Virus record (IMG/VR): IMGVR_UViG_3300024294_000597
Strand: one strand, 5' to 3'
Length of the DNA: 64,000 bases
From: a virus
Shown here: piece by piece, positions 39,976 through 50,319 of the stretch
Layout of the letters: each line of letters begins with the position of its first letter
How positions within the stretch are numbered: the first letter of the stretch is position 1
Position numbers and translations under genes: made by a program
Notes under the pieces: generated by a model
The model's input: only the letters and a program-made list of their open reading frames with translations
What the model was told of the DNA's origin: nothing
Database searches by the model: none

Positions 39976-41045
39976 TGGCTGAATTAAAACTCAGGATGAA
40001 AGCAGATACTTCATACCACGATATGTATGACAGATACGAGCCTATTGCTGGGAATGATTATATTATCGTTGATTGGATGATGGGGAATACTTGTAACTAT
40101 GCCTGTACTTATTGTGATGATTACTTTCATGACGGCAGTCAGCCTTGGCCTGAGGTAGATGTATTTCTAAAGTTCACTAAAAGATTAACAGACCATTATA
40201 GAGTTGTTGCTCCTGGTAAGAGAATACTATGGAACTTGTTAGGTGGTGAACCTACTGTCTGGCCTAAGTTTGAGGAAGTATTTCATAAGATGAAAGCATA
40301 CGACCCAAATGCTAGTGTAAGAATATTGACTAACGGTTCAAGAACCCTACGATGGTGGGAGAAGAATGCAAACATATTCGATGAAGTTATTATAAGTTAT
40401 CATCCACAAAGTGCAGACTATAAACATATAACAGAGGTATCAAACATACTTACTGACAAGGGAACGATATGTTCTATTCAGTCAGCTATATATCCTCCGT
40501 TAATAGAATTAAATTATGAAGCGGCTCAATATTACCATGAGAATTCTAAGTGCATAGTTCATAATTCGAAAGCATTACAAGAAACATTAGGCAGTGATAA
40601 TACATTTGTATATCCAGAAGGTGCGTTTGATAAATTAAGACAATGGGATGGACAGACAAAGTATCGGCAAGAGATAGATGACGCAGTTGAAAATGAATAT
40701 GAGCATATAATGACAATAAAGAAGTTCAAAAGAAAGAACTTTGGTAAGCAAATGCGATATATAAACACTAAGACGGGCAAATCAGAAGTGTTCGATAATG
40801 CAAATCACATAATGGAACAAGGACATAACTCTTGGAAGGGCTGGAAATGTATGATTGGAATAGAAGCATTGGTTGTTAATTTAAATGGAACAGTAACAAG
40901 TGGTAACAGTTGTTTCTTACACTTGTCTCATGGTAACATAAACAAACCAGACGAAATAGTATTTCCAACTGATGGCAGAATATGTCCACAAACGTGGTGC
41001 AGTTGCGTATCTGACACAGAAGTAACGAAATTTAAGGTGAAATAA
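39975..41045 (+). CDS. Radical SAM protein (type C)
   Basis: GNTCNYACTYC, GGEPT, C-terminal KGWKC..G...C...C.C. Confidence 0.9.
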   Translation: MAELKLRMKADTSYHDMYDRYEPIAGNDYIIVDWMMGNTCNYACTYCDDYFHDGSQPWPEVDVFLKFTKRLTDHYRVVAPGKRILWNLLGGEPTVWPKFEEVFHKMKAYDPNASVRILTNGSRTLRWWEKNANIFDEVIISYHPQSADYKHITEVSNILTDKGTICSIQSAIYPPLIELNYEAAQYYHENSKCIVHNSKALQETLGSDNTFVYPEGAFDKLRQWDGQTKYRQEIDDAVENEYEHIMTIKKFKRKNFGKQMRYINTKTGKSEVFDNANHIMEQGHNSWKGWKCMIGIEALVVNLNGTVTSGNSCFLHLSHGNINKPDEIVFPTDGRICPQTWCSCVSDTEVTKFKVK

Positions 41046-41052
41046 ATACAGT

Positions 41053-42612
41053 ATGACCAAGAAAAACAATCCAGAATTAGAGAAAAACCTAGAAGAATTT
41101 CAACGTAGAACAGGTGCTCCAACAAAGACATTCTGCCTTTTGCCTTGGGTACATCTAAGCACACGACCTAATGGACATATGCGTGTTTGTTGTACAGCTA
41201 ATGCGAGTTCAGTTGGTCCTACTAATGACAAAGAACACGGCGGAGAAGTTGGTGTTCTAAAAAATGCTGATGGTAAACCTGCAAACTTAAATCACAGCGA
41301 CTTGATGTCAAGTTGGAATAATGATTACATGAAGAATGTGCGTAAGCAAATGCTTAATAACGAAATGCCTCCTAGTTGTATGAAATGTTACAAAGAGGAA
41401 GACGCAGGCCACATGTCAAAAAGATATTGGGAAACAGAATACTGGTCACGCAGAGTAGATATGGAAGAGGTTATCGCCGAGACGGCAGAAGATGGTTCTA
41501 TCCCTCCAAAGATTCGTTACTTGGATTTGCGACTTGGGTCGAAGTGTAACTTGAAATGTATCATGTGTTCACCACACGACAGTTCAATGTGGGTAAAAGA
41601 TTGGATTAAATTACATCCTAGTATTGAAAATGAGTCATTGAAAGAAACTATGCAATGGGGCAATAAAGGCCAGATTGATGGTGCAAGTTATAACTGGCAT
41701 AAAAAGAATGATGCATTCTGGGATCAGTTGTATGACCAAATACCACACATGAAACAATTATACTTTGCTGGTGGAGAAGCAACAATTATTGAAGAACATT
41801 ACACGTTGCTAGAAGAAGTTGTCGAAAGAGGATATGCTCCTGGTATTGAGTTGCGTTATAATTCAAATGGACTTGAAATGCCACAGCGTTTATTTGATTT
41901 GTGGAAACAGTTCAAGCGTGTACGTTTTCATTATTCAGTAGATAGTATTGGTGTAATGAATGATTATATTCGTTATCCAAGTGAATGGGAACACACAGTA
42001 AAGCAGTTTCATCTATTAGACAACACAGGACCTAATGTAGAAGTTACAGTAGCATGTGCAGTTCAGGCTCTAAACATTTATTACTTACCAGACTTTGTTA
42101 AGTGGAAACTAGAACAAAACTTTAAGAAGATTAACTTATGGCCGCTAGGTGCAGGTATGATTAACTATCACTTTGTTTATCACCCACCTCATCTAAACGT
42201 TAAAGTTCTTCCTAACTGGTTCAAAGAAATGACACATAAGAAATATGATATCTTCATCAAATGGTTAGAAGAAAACTGGGAGTTATGTACTAAAGGTTCA
42301 CTAACACCAGTAACATATGAAGATTGGCGCCAAGCATCATATGGTGTGAAAAGATTACAAGGTATGTTGCAGTTCTCAGAGAGCGGTGACTGGTCACGAC
42401 AGCGTATGCCAGAGTTTATTGAATATATTAACAAAATGGATGGGATACGTGAGACTAATTTCAGAGATGTATTCCCAGAGATGGCACCATTGCTAGATTG
42501 GACTCCAGATGACGGAGAAGATTGGGATGGTGAGTTTGATGACAGACTATTAAAAGAATTAGAAGACAACGGTTTTCACGTAAATCAGCAGGAGTTGGAC
42601 ATTGACAATTAA
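41053..42612 (+). CDS. Radical SAM protein (type A)
   Basis: FCLLPW..RVCC..CMKC; LRLGSKCNLKCIMC; GGE. Confidence 0.9.
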   Translation: MTKKNNPELEKNLEEFQRRTGAPTKTFCLLPWVHLSTRPNGHMRVCCTANASSVGPTNDKEHGGEVGVLKNADGKPANLNHSDLMSSWNNDYMKNVRKQMLNNEMPPSCMKCYKEEDAGHMSKRYWETEYWSRRVDMEEVIAETAEDGSIPPKIRYLDLRLGSKCNLKCIMCSPHDSSMWVKDWIKLHPSIENESLKETMQWGNKGQIDGASYNWHKKNDAFWDQLYDQIPHMKQLYFAGGEATIIEEHYTLLEEVVERGYAPGIELRYNSNGLEMPQRLFDLWKQFKRVRFHYSVDSIGVMNDYIRYPSEWEHTVKQFHLLDNTGPNVEVTVACAVQALNIYYLPDFVKWKLEQNFKKINLWPLGAGMINYHFVYHPPHLNVKVLPNWFKEMTHKKYDIFIKWLEENWELCTKGSLTPVTYEDWRQASYGVKRLQGMLQFSESGDWSRQRMPEFIEYINKMDGIRETNFRDVFPEMAPLLDWTPDDGEDWDGEFDDRLLKELEDNGFHVNQQELDIDN

Positions 42613-43408
42613 TTATCCAAATATAATTAACGAAGAATTTAAGGATAGGCATAGTTATAGTTTTGATACAGTACCAGATACATTTGTAGATGCATTGATG
42701 AATGAACCTAGATTTCCAGAGTCAGCAAGATTCAGAAAAGTAAAATGGATTTCACATGAGTCAGGTATCCCTTGGTTAGTATTAGATGTACCGAAGTTTG
42801 ACTGGAAAGCATGTTACGATGAAGCAATGGCAGTATACGATGAAGCTATTCAACATAGAAAAAATGATTACGATGAAAGTAACCCTGATGATTACGGACA
42901 CAGAGGCTGGCGTAGTTTAACATTACATGGTTTAGGTAAACATGTATCTCAGCATTGGGATAGTAAAGATGTTAAAGCTATGGGTTTCGATTTTAAAAGT
43001 GAAGAAGAAGTAAGAGAAGCATATCATTGGACAGAGATTGCAGATAAATGTCCTAAGACAGTAGAAATGATTAAGTCTATCCCAGGTTATATGTCATTCG
43101 ATAGAGTTCGTTATATGTACTTAGAACCAGGAGGATACATTACTCCTCACAATGATTATGAACACAATAAGCTAGGACCATTGAATATATCGCTAAACAA
43201 TCCTGAGCATTGTTATTTTAAAATGATTGATGATAATGCATATGTTCCGTGGAAGCCCGGTAAGATGATTAAGATGAATGTAGGACACCAACATGCAGTG
43301 ATGAATGATACAGATGAAGTTAGAGTTCATATGATTGTTCATGGGCAGTATGGTGGTAGAGGTTATGAAGATATTATGTTAAACAGTTGGAATAAAATTA
43401 ATGAATAA
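42602..43408 (+). CDS. AspH-like 2OG-Fe(II) oxygenase
   Basis: WRSLTLHG, ITPHND, HAVMN....RVHMIVHG. Confidence 0.8.
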   Translation: MTINYPNIINEEFKDRHSYSFDTVPDTFVDALMNEPRFPESARFRKVKWISHESGIPWLVLDVPKFDWKACYDEAMAVYDEAIQHRKNDYDESNPDDYGHRGWRSLTLHGLGKHVSQHWDSKDVKAMGFDFKSEEEVREAYHWTEIADKCPKTVEMIKSIPGYMSFDRVRYMYLEPGGYITPHNDYEHNKLGPLNISLNNPEHCYFKMIDDNAYVPWKPGKMIKMNVGHQHAVMNDTDEVRVHMIVHGQYGGRGYEDIMLNSWNKINE

Positions 43409-45002
43409 ACACACAGACCATCAACGCTCAACCAATTTTATTAAAGCAATACGATGTGCAGTATTAGATACATCTAAAACTATTGGCGATGAAGAAGTAT
43501 CAAACTATAATAGACAAATTACTTACAATTTTCTTAGAAATAATTATAGTCATTATCGACATAAGATTTACGAAGAAGATTCAGTTGATAAGATATTAGC
43601 AGACTTAGCCAACGATCCAAACGAAGAAGATATTGTCCTTCTAGTAGTTCAGGCATATGGTAATATACTATATGACACGTGGCAACCATTGGAGCATGGA
43701 TATAGTTTATTCAGAGAGTATTGTAACTATGATTGGTTAGAAGATGCAAAGGCAAATAAATTCCTATTGATGGGACATATTCTTGACGAACAACACAAAG
43801 ACCGATGGTTTAGATTACACGAACAATGCTTTGTTATCAATTATCCTATGTGGAAAGCTATGGGTAGACCAGCGTTTGGGGACTTTGGAGTTAAACAACA
43901 CGAAGTTAGACAAGCTATTCGTAGCATGGAAAACTTCCACGACGGTCATACACCTAAATATTTGGCACCGGGGCCCGCACAAGAGACAATTAACAGAACA
44001 GGCTTTGGTTGGAACTTAATTGCAAAGAGTTTAGAGGCAGGACTACCAGTAAGAAACTTTGATGAACAGGCACGTAAGACTAAGACATACTTGTATCCAG
44101 AGATTAAAGAGGAACAGGAAGAGTTCAAAAAATTCTTTAGAGAAGGATGTGCAGAGTTTAAACCAGAGGAAAGCAACCTAGGAGATAGCAAAAAAGAATT
44201 CTTACAATATCAGAGTTACACAGTTAAACGCTCACCAGATGCTATATGGGTTATGAATACAGAATCAGTTAATGATGTATACTTTGTTCCTAGAAAGTTT
44301 CCACTAAAGAATATCTATAGCGTAGCCGCAGGATTTAAAACATTTGCATTCTTAAATGGTTGGAACCCTGATACTGATGTAGAGACTGTAGGGATTAATT
44401 ACTTTGATATATCAGCAAACAGTTTAGAAGCAAGAAAGTGGATGCACAATGAATGGGATCCGCAAGACTTTAATCAATACTTAGATTACTTGCATGACGA
44501 ATGGTATAAAACTGATAAAGCGTTGATATCAATATACGAAGACTTTAACTTTGAAGCTCCTAACTGGGATAGTGAAAGAGAAAAGGCAAAAGAGGCATAT
44601 CAGAAAAGTATTCTAAGAATATTTGATACGATGGAAGACTTCTACGCAATGCATGAAAAGGTAAAACATAATCCTAACATCACATATGGTGTTGCTGATT
44701 TATGTAGAAATGCACAGCCTCTTATAGATAGAATTAAACCACACGAAGAAGGATATGACAGTGTGGTGTGGAGTAGTAATTATATTACTACAAGATATAC
44801 AACATGGTTGCTATCATACGAAGAACGTAGAGCAGGCTACAAAGATGTAGTCAATAAAATGTGCGAGAAAAACAAACATCTTAGATTGCATAGTGCAGAT
44901 TGGGATGGGTCTCCTACTAGGGGAATGAAACTAGAAGAAATTAATCATGCGTATGGATATCCGGAAGAGTTATTTTTAAAATGGCGAAGCAAAAAGAACT
45001 AA
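43401..45002 (+). CDS. Hypothetical protein, possibly two-domain transferase
   Basis: Long ORF with overlaps on both sides; GHILD..RLHEQC, NFHDGHTP, YFDIS. Confidence 0.7.
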   Translation: MNKHTDHQRSTNFIKAIRCAVLDTSKTIGDEEVSNYNRQITYNFLRNNYSHYRHKIYEEDSVDKILADLANDPNEEDIVLLVVQAYGNILYDTWQPLEHGYSLFREYCNYDWLEDAKANKFLLMGHILDEQHKDRWFRLHEQCFVINYPMWKAMGRPAFGDFGVKQHEVRQAIRSMENFHDGHTPKYLAPGPAQETINRTGFGWNLIAKSLEAGLPVRNFDEQARKTKTYLYPEIKEEQEEFKKFFREGCAEFKPEESNLGDSKKEFLQYQSYTVKRSPDAIWVMNTESVNDVYFVPRKFPLKNIYSVAAGFKTFAFLNGWNPDTDVETVGINYFDISANSLEARKWMHNEWDPQDFNQYLDYLHDEWYKTDKALISIYEDFNFEAPNWDSEREKAKEAYQKSILRIFDTMEDFYAMHEKVKHNPNITYGVADLCRNAQPLIDRIKPHEEGYDSVVWSSNYITTRYTTWLLSYEERRAGYKDVVNKMCEKNKHLRLHSADWDGSPTRGMKLEEINHAYGYPEELFLKWRSKKN

Positions 45003-46216
45003 AATATATTAAGTTTGATGTTGGTGTGTTACACCTAGAGTTAACCTCAAGATGTAATGCCCTTTGTCCTATGTGTGCGAGAACCACAGGACTAGACCAT
45101 GACGGAGTTGTGTTAAAGAAACGTGATGATTTGCAATTGGTTGATACAGATCCGCAGTTGCTTTATAATATGCTAGAAGAAATGAAACCTTTCTTGCCTA
45201 ATCATGTTTTTATCAATGGCAACTTTGGTGATCCAATTATGTATCCTCACTTACAAGAGGTTATTAAGATGTACATTGATGCTGGTGTTCCACAAGTAAC
45301 GCTTAGTACAAATGGTGGGGTGCATCCAGCAGAGTGGTGGGTTAAACTTGCTAAGATGATGCGTAAACAAGATAAAGTTATTTTTGCTATTGATGGATTA
45401 GAAGATACTAATCACTTATACAGAGTTAACACTAAATGGGATATTATCATGCGTAATGCGAAAGCATTTATAGGAGCAGGAGGATTTGCTAGATGGGATT
45501 ATATTGCATTTGCACACAATGAACATCAGATTGAAGAAGCAAGACAGTTAGCAGATGAAATGGGTTTTATAAAATTTAGATATAAAAAATCAAATCGTTA
45601 TGTAATACCTAAAGATTATAGTGCAGATCCAGATACTCCTAGAGAAGATGAGTCAATAGAAAAGAAAACAACGATTAAGTTTGTATCAAAGCAACACCAG
45701 AAGAAAGACCCAATGCAAAAAGAAACAGTATTAGAAGCACCAAAGAAAACAGATGCATCTAATACTACAAAGAATTTTGAAGCAATACTAAAAGAACATA
45801 AGACATTTGATAACTATGTAAAGACAACACAAATTGATTGTCAAACAGCTAGAGATAAAAGTATCTTTGTAGATTATAAAGGCAAAGTGTGGCCATGTTG
45901 TTGGCAGGGGCATTACTATAGTACAGTAGGCGAAGATAAAGGTACGCAGAAAAGAATAGATGACAGAATTGAGTTAGAAAATAAGTACGGAAAAGACTTT
46001 AATGACTTGTCAAAGCACTCAATTTTTGATATACTTAATACAGAATACTATGCAAAAGACCTAGTTGATAGCTGGCGTAACGAGAGCAAACGTCTATTCA
46101 TATGTGGTAAAACATGTGGCAAAGATTTAGACTTTAGAGGCAATAGCAAGAAGAATTATGAGGACACAGAAATGAAAGATAACGAAGAAAAACAAACGAG
46201 CGTTCATCATGTCTGA
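44981..46216 (+). CDS. Radical SAM protein (type B)
   Basis: HLELTSRCNALCPMC, GNFGDP, IDGLEDTNHLYR, PCC. Confidence 0.9.
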   Translation: MAKQKELKYIKFDVGVLHLELTSRCNALCPMCARTTGLDHDGVVLKKRDDLQLVDTDPQLLYNMLEEMKPFLPNHVFINGNFGDPIMYPHLQEVIKMYIDAGVPQVTLSTNGGVHPAEWWVKLAKMMRKQDKVIFAIDGLEDTNHLYRVNTKWDIIMRNAKAFIGAGGFARWDYIAFAHNEHQIEEARQLADEMGFIKFRYKKSNRYVIPKDYSADPDTPREDESIEKKTTIKFVSKQHQKKDPMQKETVLEAPKKTDASNTTKNFEAILKEHKTFDNYVKTTQIDCQTARDKSIFVDYKGKVWPCCWQGHYYSTVGEDKGTQKRIDDRIELENKYGKDFNDLSKHSIFDILNTEYYAKDLVDSWRNESKRLFICGKTCGKDLDFRGNSKKNYEDTEMKDNEEKQTSVHHV

Positions 46217-47630
46217 TACATTTTGTATCTTACCTTGGATAAACATATCAACACGTGCCAATGGCGATTTGCGTGTTTGTTGTCATGCCAATCAAGGGCC
46301 TACAAGAGGTATATATAAAAAAGAGAATGGTGAAAATTATAATCTTAAACAAGATAAGATTACAGATGCAATCAATTCTCCTCTTGCAAAAGATATTCGT
46401 AAGACAATGCTTGAAGGCAAATGGCATGCAGAATGCATTAGATGTTTACGTGAAGAAAAAGCAGGCATGAAGTCCAGACGTATCAATGATGGTGAAAGAT
46501 TTGCTCAACATATAACATTAGAACAAGCACAAACACATACCTCAGAAGATGGCAAGATTGATTTAAATCATATTAAACAGACTTACTATGATATTAGATT
46601 GGGTAACTTCTGTAATCTTAAATGTCGCATGTGTTCTCCTATGGATAGTAGTTCTTGGTATGATGATTATGTTAAGATGTGGGGTACAAATAAGTTTAAA
46701 GATACTCATGGTATTGTTGAAATGTACAAAAACAATAAAGGCAGATTTGTTGCACACGATTATGATTGGGTTAAGAAAGACCATTTCTGGGAGAACCTAA
46801 AAGAAAATGTATCAGGTATGCAACATGTATATCTAGTTGGTGGTGAACCTCTTATCATTGAAGAACATTATGATTTCTTAAAGTATTGTGTTGAAGTAGA
46901 TAAAGCAAAAGAAATGACACTTGAATACAATACTAACTTAACTAACATTCAGCCTAGAGCATTAGAGTTATGGAAACAATTTAAGCAAGTTCAGTTTGGT
47001 ATATCAATGGACGGAATAGGGGAGACATTAGAATATGTACGTAACCCACTTAAATCAAAACTGATGGAAAAGAATTTAAAGAGGCTAGATGAAGTTGGAT
47101 TAGAGAAAATGAATTTCAGAGCCTGGATAGCATTTACTATTGGTGCCCTGAATGCTTTTCATTTTACAGATTTCTTAAAGTGGAAGATAGAACAAGACTT
47201 TGCAGTTATATCTCCTATGTTAAAGAATAATCCTAAGCCATTTATTAACGCACACCCAATACATAGACCACATGAATTAGCAACAAGATTTCTACCATTA
47301 GAAGTAAAAGACCAAGTACGAGACAAATGGGAAGAATTTAGAACAGAGTTCAAAACAGAAATAGTAAATAACATTGACTATCATTCACTTGCTAAGAAGA
47401 ACCCTATGGCAATGGGAATGATTAAGCCTGCAAATAAAGAGTGGGCTATAATGAAGATGGACCAATTACTTGATAATAATATTAAGTTCATGTATGATGA
47501 AGATTGGTTCACAGAAGAAAATAATAAGAAGTTCTGGCAATACAATGAAAAACTTGATGGAATCAGAAACGAAAACATGGAAAAACAATTACCAGAGTTG
47601 TATAATGCAATGAAGAAATATAAGGTTTAA
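46209..47630 (+). CDS. Radical SAM protein (type A)
   Basis: FCILPW..RVCC..CIRC; IRLGNFCNLKCRMC; GGEP. Confidence 0.9.
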   Translation: MSDTFCILPWINISTRANGDLRVCCHANQGPTRGIYKKENGENYNLKQDKITDAINSPLAKDIRKTMLEGKWHAECIRCLREEKAGMKSRRINDGERFAQHITLEQAQTHTSEDGKIDLNHIKQTYYDIRLGNFCNLKCRMCSPMDSSSWYDDYVKMWGTNKFKDTHGIVEMYKNNKGRFVAHDYDWVKKDHFWENLKENVSGMQHVYLVGGEPLIIEEHYDFLKYCVEVDKAKEMTLEYNTNLTNIQPRALELWKQFKQVQFGISMDGIGETLEYVRNPLKSKLMEKNLKRLDEVGLEKMNFRAWIAFTIGALNAFHFTDFLKWKIEQDFAVISPMLKNNPKPFINAHPIHRPHELATRFLPLEVKDQVRDKWEEFRTEFKTEIVNNIDYHSLAKKNPMAMGMIKPANKEWAIMKMDQLLDNNIKFMYDEDWFTEENNKKFWQYNEKLDGIRNENMEKQLPELYNAMKKYKV

Positions 47631-47631
47631 T

Positions 47632-48798
47632 ATGGATAATATAGATAAAGACTCTCTCAAGTGGTCACAATATGACTTTACTCAGATACCATTTGATGAT
47701 ATTGTCAAAGTAGGACAACGTACTCTATTATATAGAGATTTGTTTTCAGTATCTTGGTTACTAGGTCGTTTCTGTAACTACAAGTGTAGTTATTGTTGGC
47801 CTTATGCTAGGTCAGATAGAAAAGACCATAGACCTACAGAATTGTGTTTAGCAACTATTGATGAAATAAAGAGACAAGCACGTGCTAATGGATTTAATAG
47901 TTTTCACTTTAGTTTAAGTGGAGGTGAGCCTACATTCCATCCAGGATACCTTGACATGTTGGAGCATCTGGCTAATGACGTTCCTAACTGTAATTATACT
48001 AGTGTACACATGACCTCAAATATATCTCGTAAAATGGATTGGTTTAAAAAGTATTGCGAGATTGTAGGCAAAGTACACCGTGCCAGTATTACTGCATCAT
48101 TTCATAGAGAGTTTGCGGACAAAGTAGAGTTTGCAGATAAACTATTGTTATGCATGGAATATGATGTACAAGTAACAATCAATATGGTTTTAGTACCAGA
48201 TAGATTTGACGTTGATTGGGAGAATGCATTGTACTTTCATAATCGTGGTATAAACGTTACTCTAAAGCCACAGAGTGACCCTACAGCGTCTTTCGTTGTA
48301 AAGGGATATACAGAGAAGCAATTAGAAATTATGCAGAATGGTATGCCTCAACGTGCATACACAGATGATTTACAAAAGACAACAGGCAAAAAGATTATAA
48401 GACCTAAGCCAAAGAAAACTATGTGGAACCAAGACATAATGAATGGTGATGATAAAGGTGTCCCACCAATTATGCAAGTAGAGTTTGAAGACAGCAAGGG
48501 AAAGAAATGGTACATGGACCAAGCAGAACGTTTCAATGCTTTTAACTTTAATAAGTTCAAAGGTTGGGATTGTACGAGTGGGTTTAAAGGTATTATTATT
48601 AGAGAACCTGATGGCTCTATCAAGCGTTCATACAGTTGTTCGGATGAGCCTCTAGGATATGTAGAGAGTGGGTTCAAGTTGTTTGACGCACCTAAAGTAT
48701 GTATCAGTGAGAGTTGCGTATCAAGTGCGGATAGCAAGATACCTAAACGTGCACCAGGCTCAATGGTCAGGATATACCCTAATGAAAAGATTGGATAA
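47632..48798 (+). CDS. Radical SAM protein (type C)
   Basis: GRFCNYKCSYC, SGGEPT, KGWDCTSG...C...C...C. Confidence 0.9.
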   Translation: MDNIDKDSLKWSQYDFTQIPFDDIVKVGQRTLLYRDLFSVSWLLGRFCNYKCSYCWPYARSDRKDHRPTELCLATIDEIKRQARANGFNSFHFSLSGGEPTFHPGYLDMLEHLANDVPNCNYTSVHMTSNISRKMDWFKKYCEIVGKVHRASITASFHREFADKVEFADKLLLCMEYDVQVTINMVLVPDRFDVDWENALYFHNRGINVTLKPQSDPTASFVVKGYTEKQLEIMQNGMPQRAYTDDLQKTTGKKIIRPKPKKTMWNQDIMNGDDKGVPPIMQVEFEDSKGKKWYMDQAERFNAFNFNKFKGWDCTSGFKGIIIREPDGSIKRSYSCSDEPLGYVESGFKLFDAPKVCISESCVSSADSKIPKRAPGSMVRIYPNEKIG

Positions 48799-49702
48799 GA
48801 TAGATTTATTTACAAGACATTGTGAGAATAGACAACAGGCTATTCGTAAAGCAAAAGCTATTGTAGATGAAGATGTTATTAAAGTAGGAAGTTCAGTTAA
48901 TATCTTTAATGACTCTTATGACTTTTCAATACTACATGACCAAATGGCATTCATAGAACAATATGACAAGTGGATACATTCTAGTAAAAAGTTTAAGATA
49001 AAAGGGTTAGATAAGTTTCCTATACGATTAGTAACCAATGGTATTACTGATGCATTCACAGACTTCTATGAAAATGCAGTAGACTTAAACGTATTCAGAG
49101 GTGAGTACACGTATCATAAGGACTTAGGAATACCTGTATTAGAATCTTTCTCAGATATAGAAGAAAATATGTTTATTATCATAAGCTATCCATTTAGTGC
49201 TACAGGAAATGTACACCATGATTGGAGTAAGATTATGCGTATATGCGAGAAGAAAAATTGTGAAGTTTTTATAGACTGTTGCTTGTTTGGTGTCTCAGAA
49301 GTCGAGGCCTTGGATTTAAGCTACGATTGTATTACACATGTAGCTTTTAGCTTTAGTAAAACATTTTCAACTGGCGGCCTGCGTACAGGCATTCTATATA
49401 AGAAATTACGTGAACAGACACCATTGCAGTTACAGAATGAACATTACTATACACAAATGGCAGGAATGAAAATACATTCAGAATTAATGAAAGCGTTCAG
49501 TCCTGACTATATGTGTAATAAATACAGAGATAAGCAAGTTGAGTTATGCAAAAAACTAGAGATAGAACCAAGTGATAGTGTTATATTTGGCATAAGCAAC
49601 AAGGAAGAACACAAACACTTTGAAAGGGATGGGTATATTAATAGATTATGCCTGTCTTATGCATTGCAAGAACATGACAAGAAGTATGAGGATTTCGAAT
49701 GA
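48782..49702 (+). CDS. PLP-dependent (fold I) enzyme
   Basis: SYPFSATG, FIDC, FSFSKTF (PLP Lys), RTG; start moved to ATG 48782. Confidence 0.7.
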   Translation: MKRLDKIDLFTRHCENRQQAIRKAKAIVDEDVIKVGSSVNIFNDSYDFSILHDQMAFIEQYDKWIHSSKKFKIKGLDKFPIRLVTNGITDAFTDFYENAVDLNVFRGEYTYHKDLGIPVLESFSDIEENMFIIISYPFSATGNVHHDWSKIMRICEKKNCEVFIDCCLFGVSEVEALDLSYDCITHVAFSFSKTFSTGGLRTGILYKKLREQTPLQLQNEHYYTQMAGMKIHSELMKAFSPDYMCNKYRDKQVELCKKLEIEPSDSVIFGISNKEEHKHFERDGYINRLCLSYALQEHDKKYEDFE

Positions 49703-50319
49703 GTGTAGAAAAATTAGATATAGATTTTAATTACAAAAGACTTTTAGGTGAGTTTAAAGGATTAGGAATAGAACAGAAACTTATCGATAACGAAAAACAA
49801 ATAGCAGTTCAATGCAGAGAAGGCATTAAAGGGGAGAAGCAACTATTAGATAGTTGTGGTAGTTTGATATATGATTGGGATGATTATTTTCCTGAGAAAG
49901 ATTATGAAAACTCTGGTCCTAAAGTGCGTGACGTAATATTACAAGAGGAACAGTTTGATTTACTATGTGACCTATGGAAAGATACTTACATAGGGGAAGT
50001 AGTTAATGCGTTAAACGAGAAATATGGAGTCCTGAGAGGTAGATTTATGATGTTAGGTATGAAGACATGCTTAACTTATCATAAAGATAAGACGCCTAGA
50101 TTGCATATTCCTCTAGTAACACATGATGATTGCTTTATGGTTATAGATGATAAAGTATGTAGAATACCATATGGTGGTGTATATAAAGTTGATACAACTA
50201 AAGTACACACAGCCATAAATGCAAGTAAAATACTAAGAACCCATTTAGTGTTTTGTTTACCTAAACCTAAAATAGATAAATCAAAAAGATTACCTTGGGA
50301 AAATACTATACCTTTTTAA
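49699..50319 (+). CDS. AspH-like 2OG-Fe(II) oxygenase
   Basis: YHKD..RLHIPLVT, HTAINAS...RTHLV. Confidence 0.78.
   Translation: MSVEKLDIDFNYKRLLGEFKGLGIEQKLIDNEKQIAVQCREGIKGEKQLLDSCGSLIYDWDDYFPEKDYENSGPKVRDVILQEEQFDLLCDLWKDTYIGEVVNALNEKYGVLRGRFMMLGMKTCLTYHKDKTPRLHIPLVTHDDCFMVIDDKVCRIPYGGVYKVDTTKVHTAINASKILRTHLVFCLPKPKIDKSKRLPWENTIPF

Noticed and set aside
37596-48798. Classical RiPP cluster
   Set aside because: No evident precursor peptide, PqqD/RRE domain, protease or exporter nearby.
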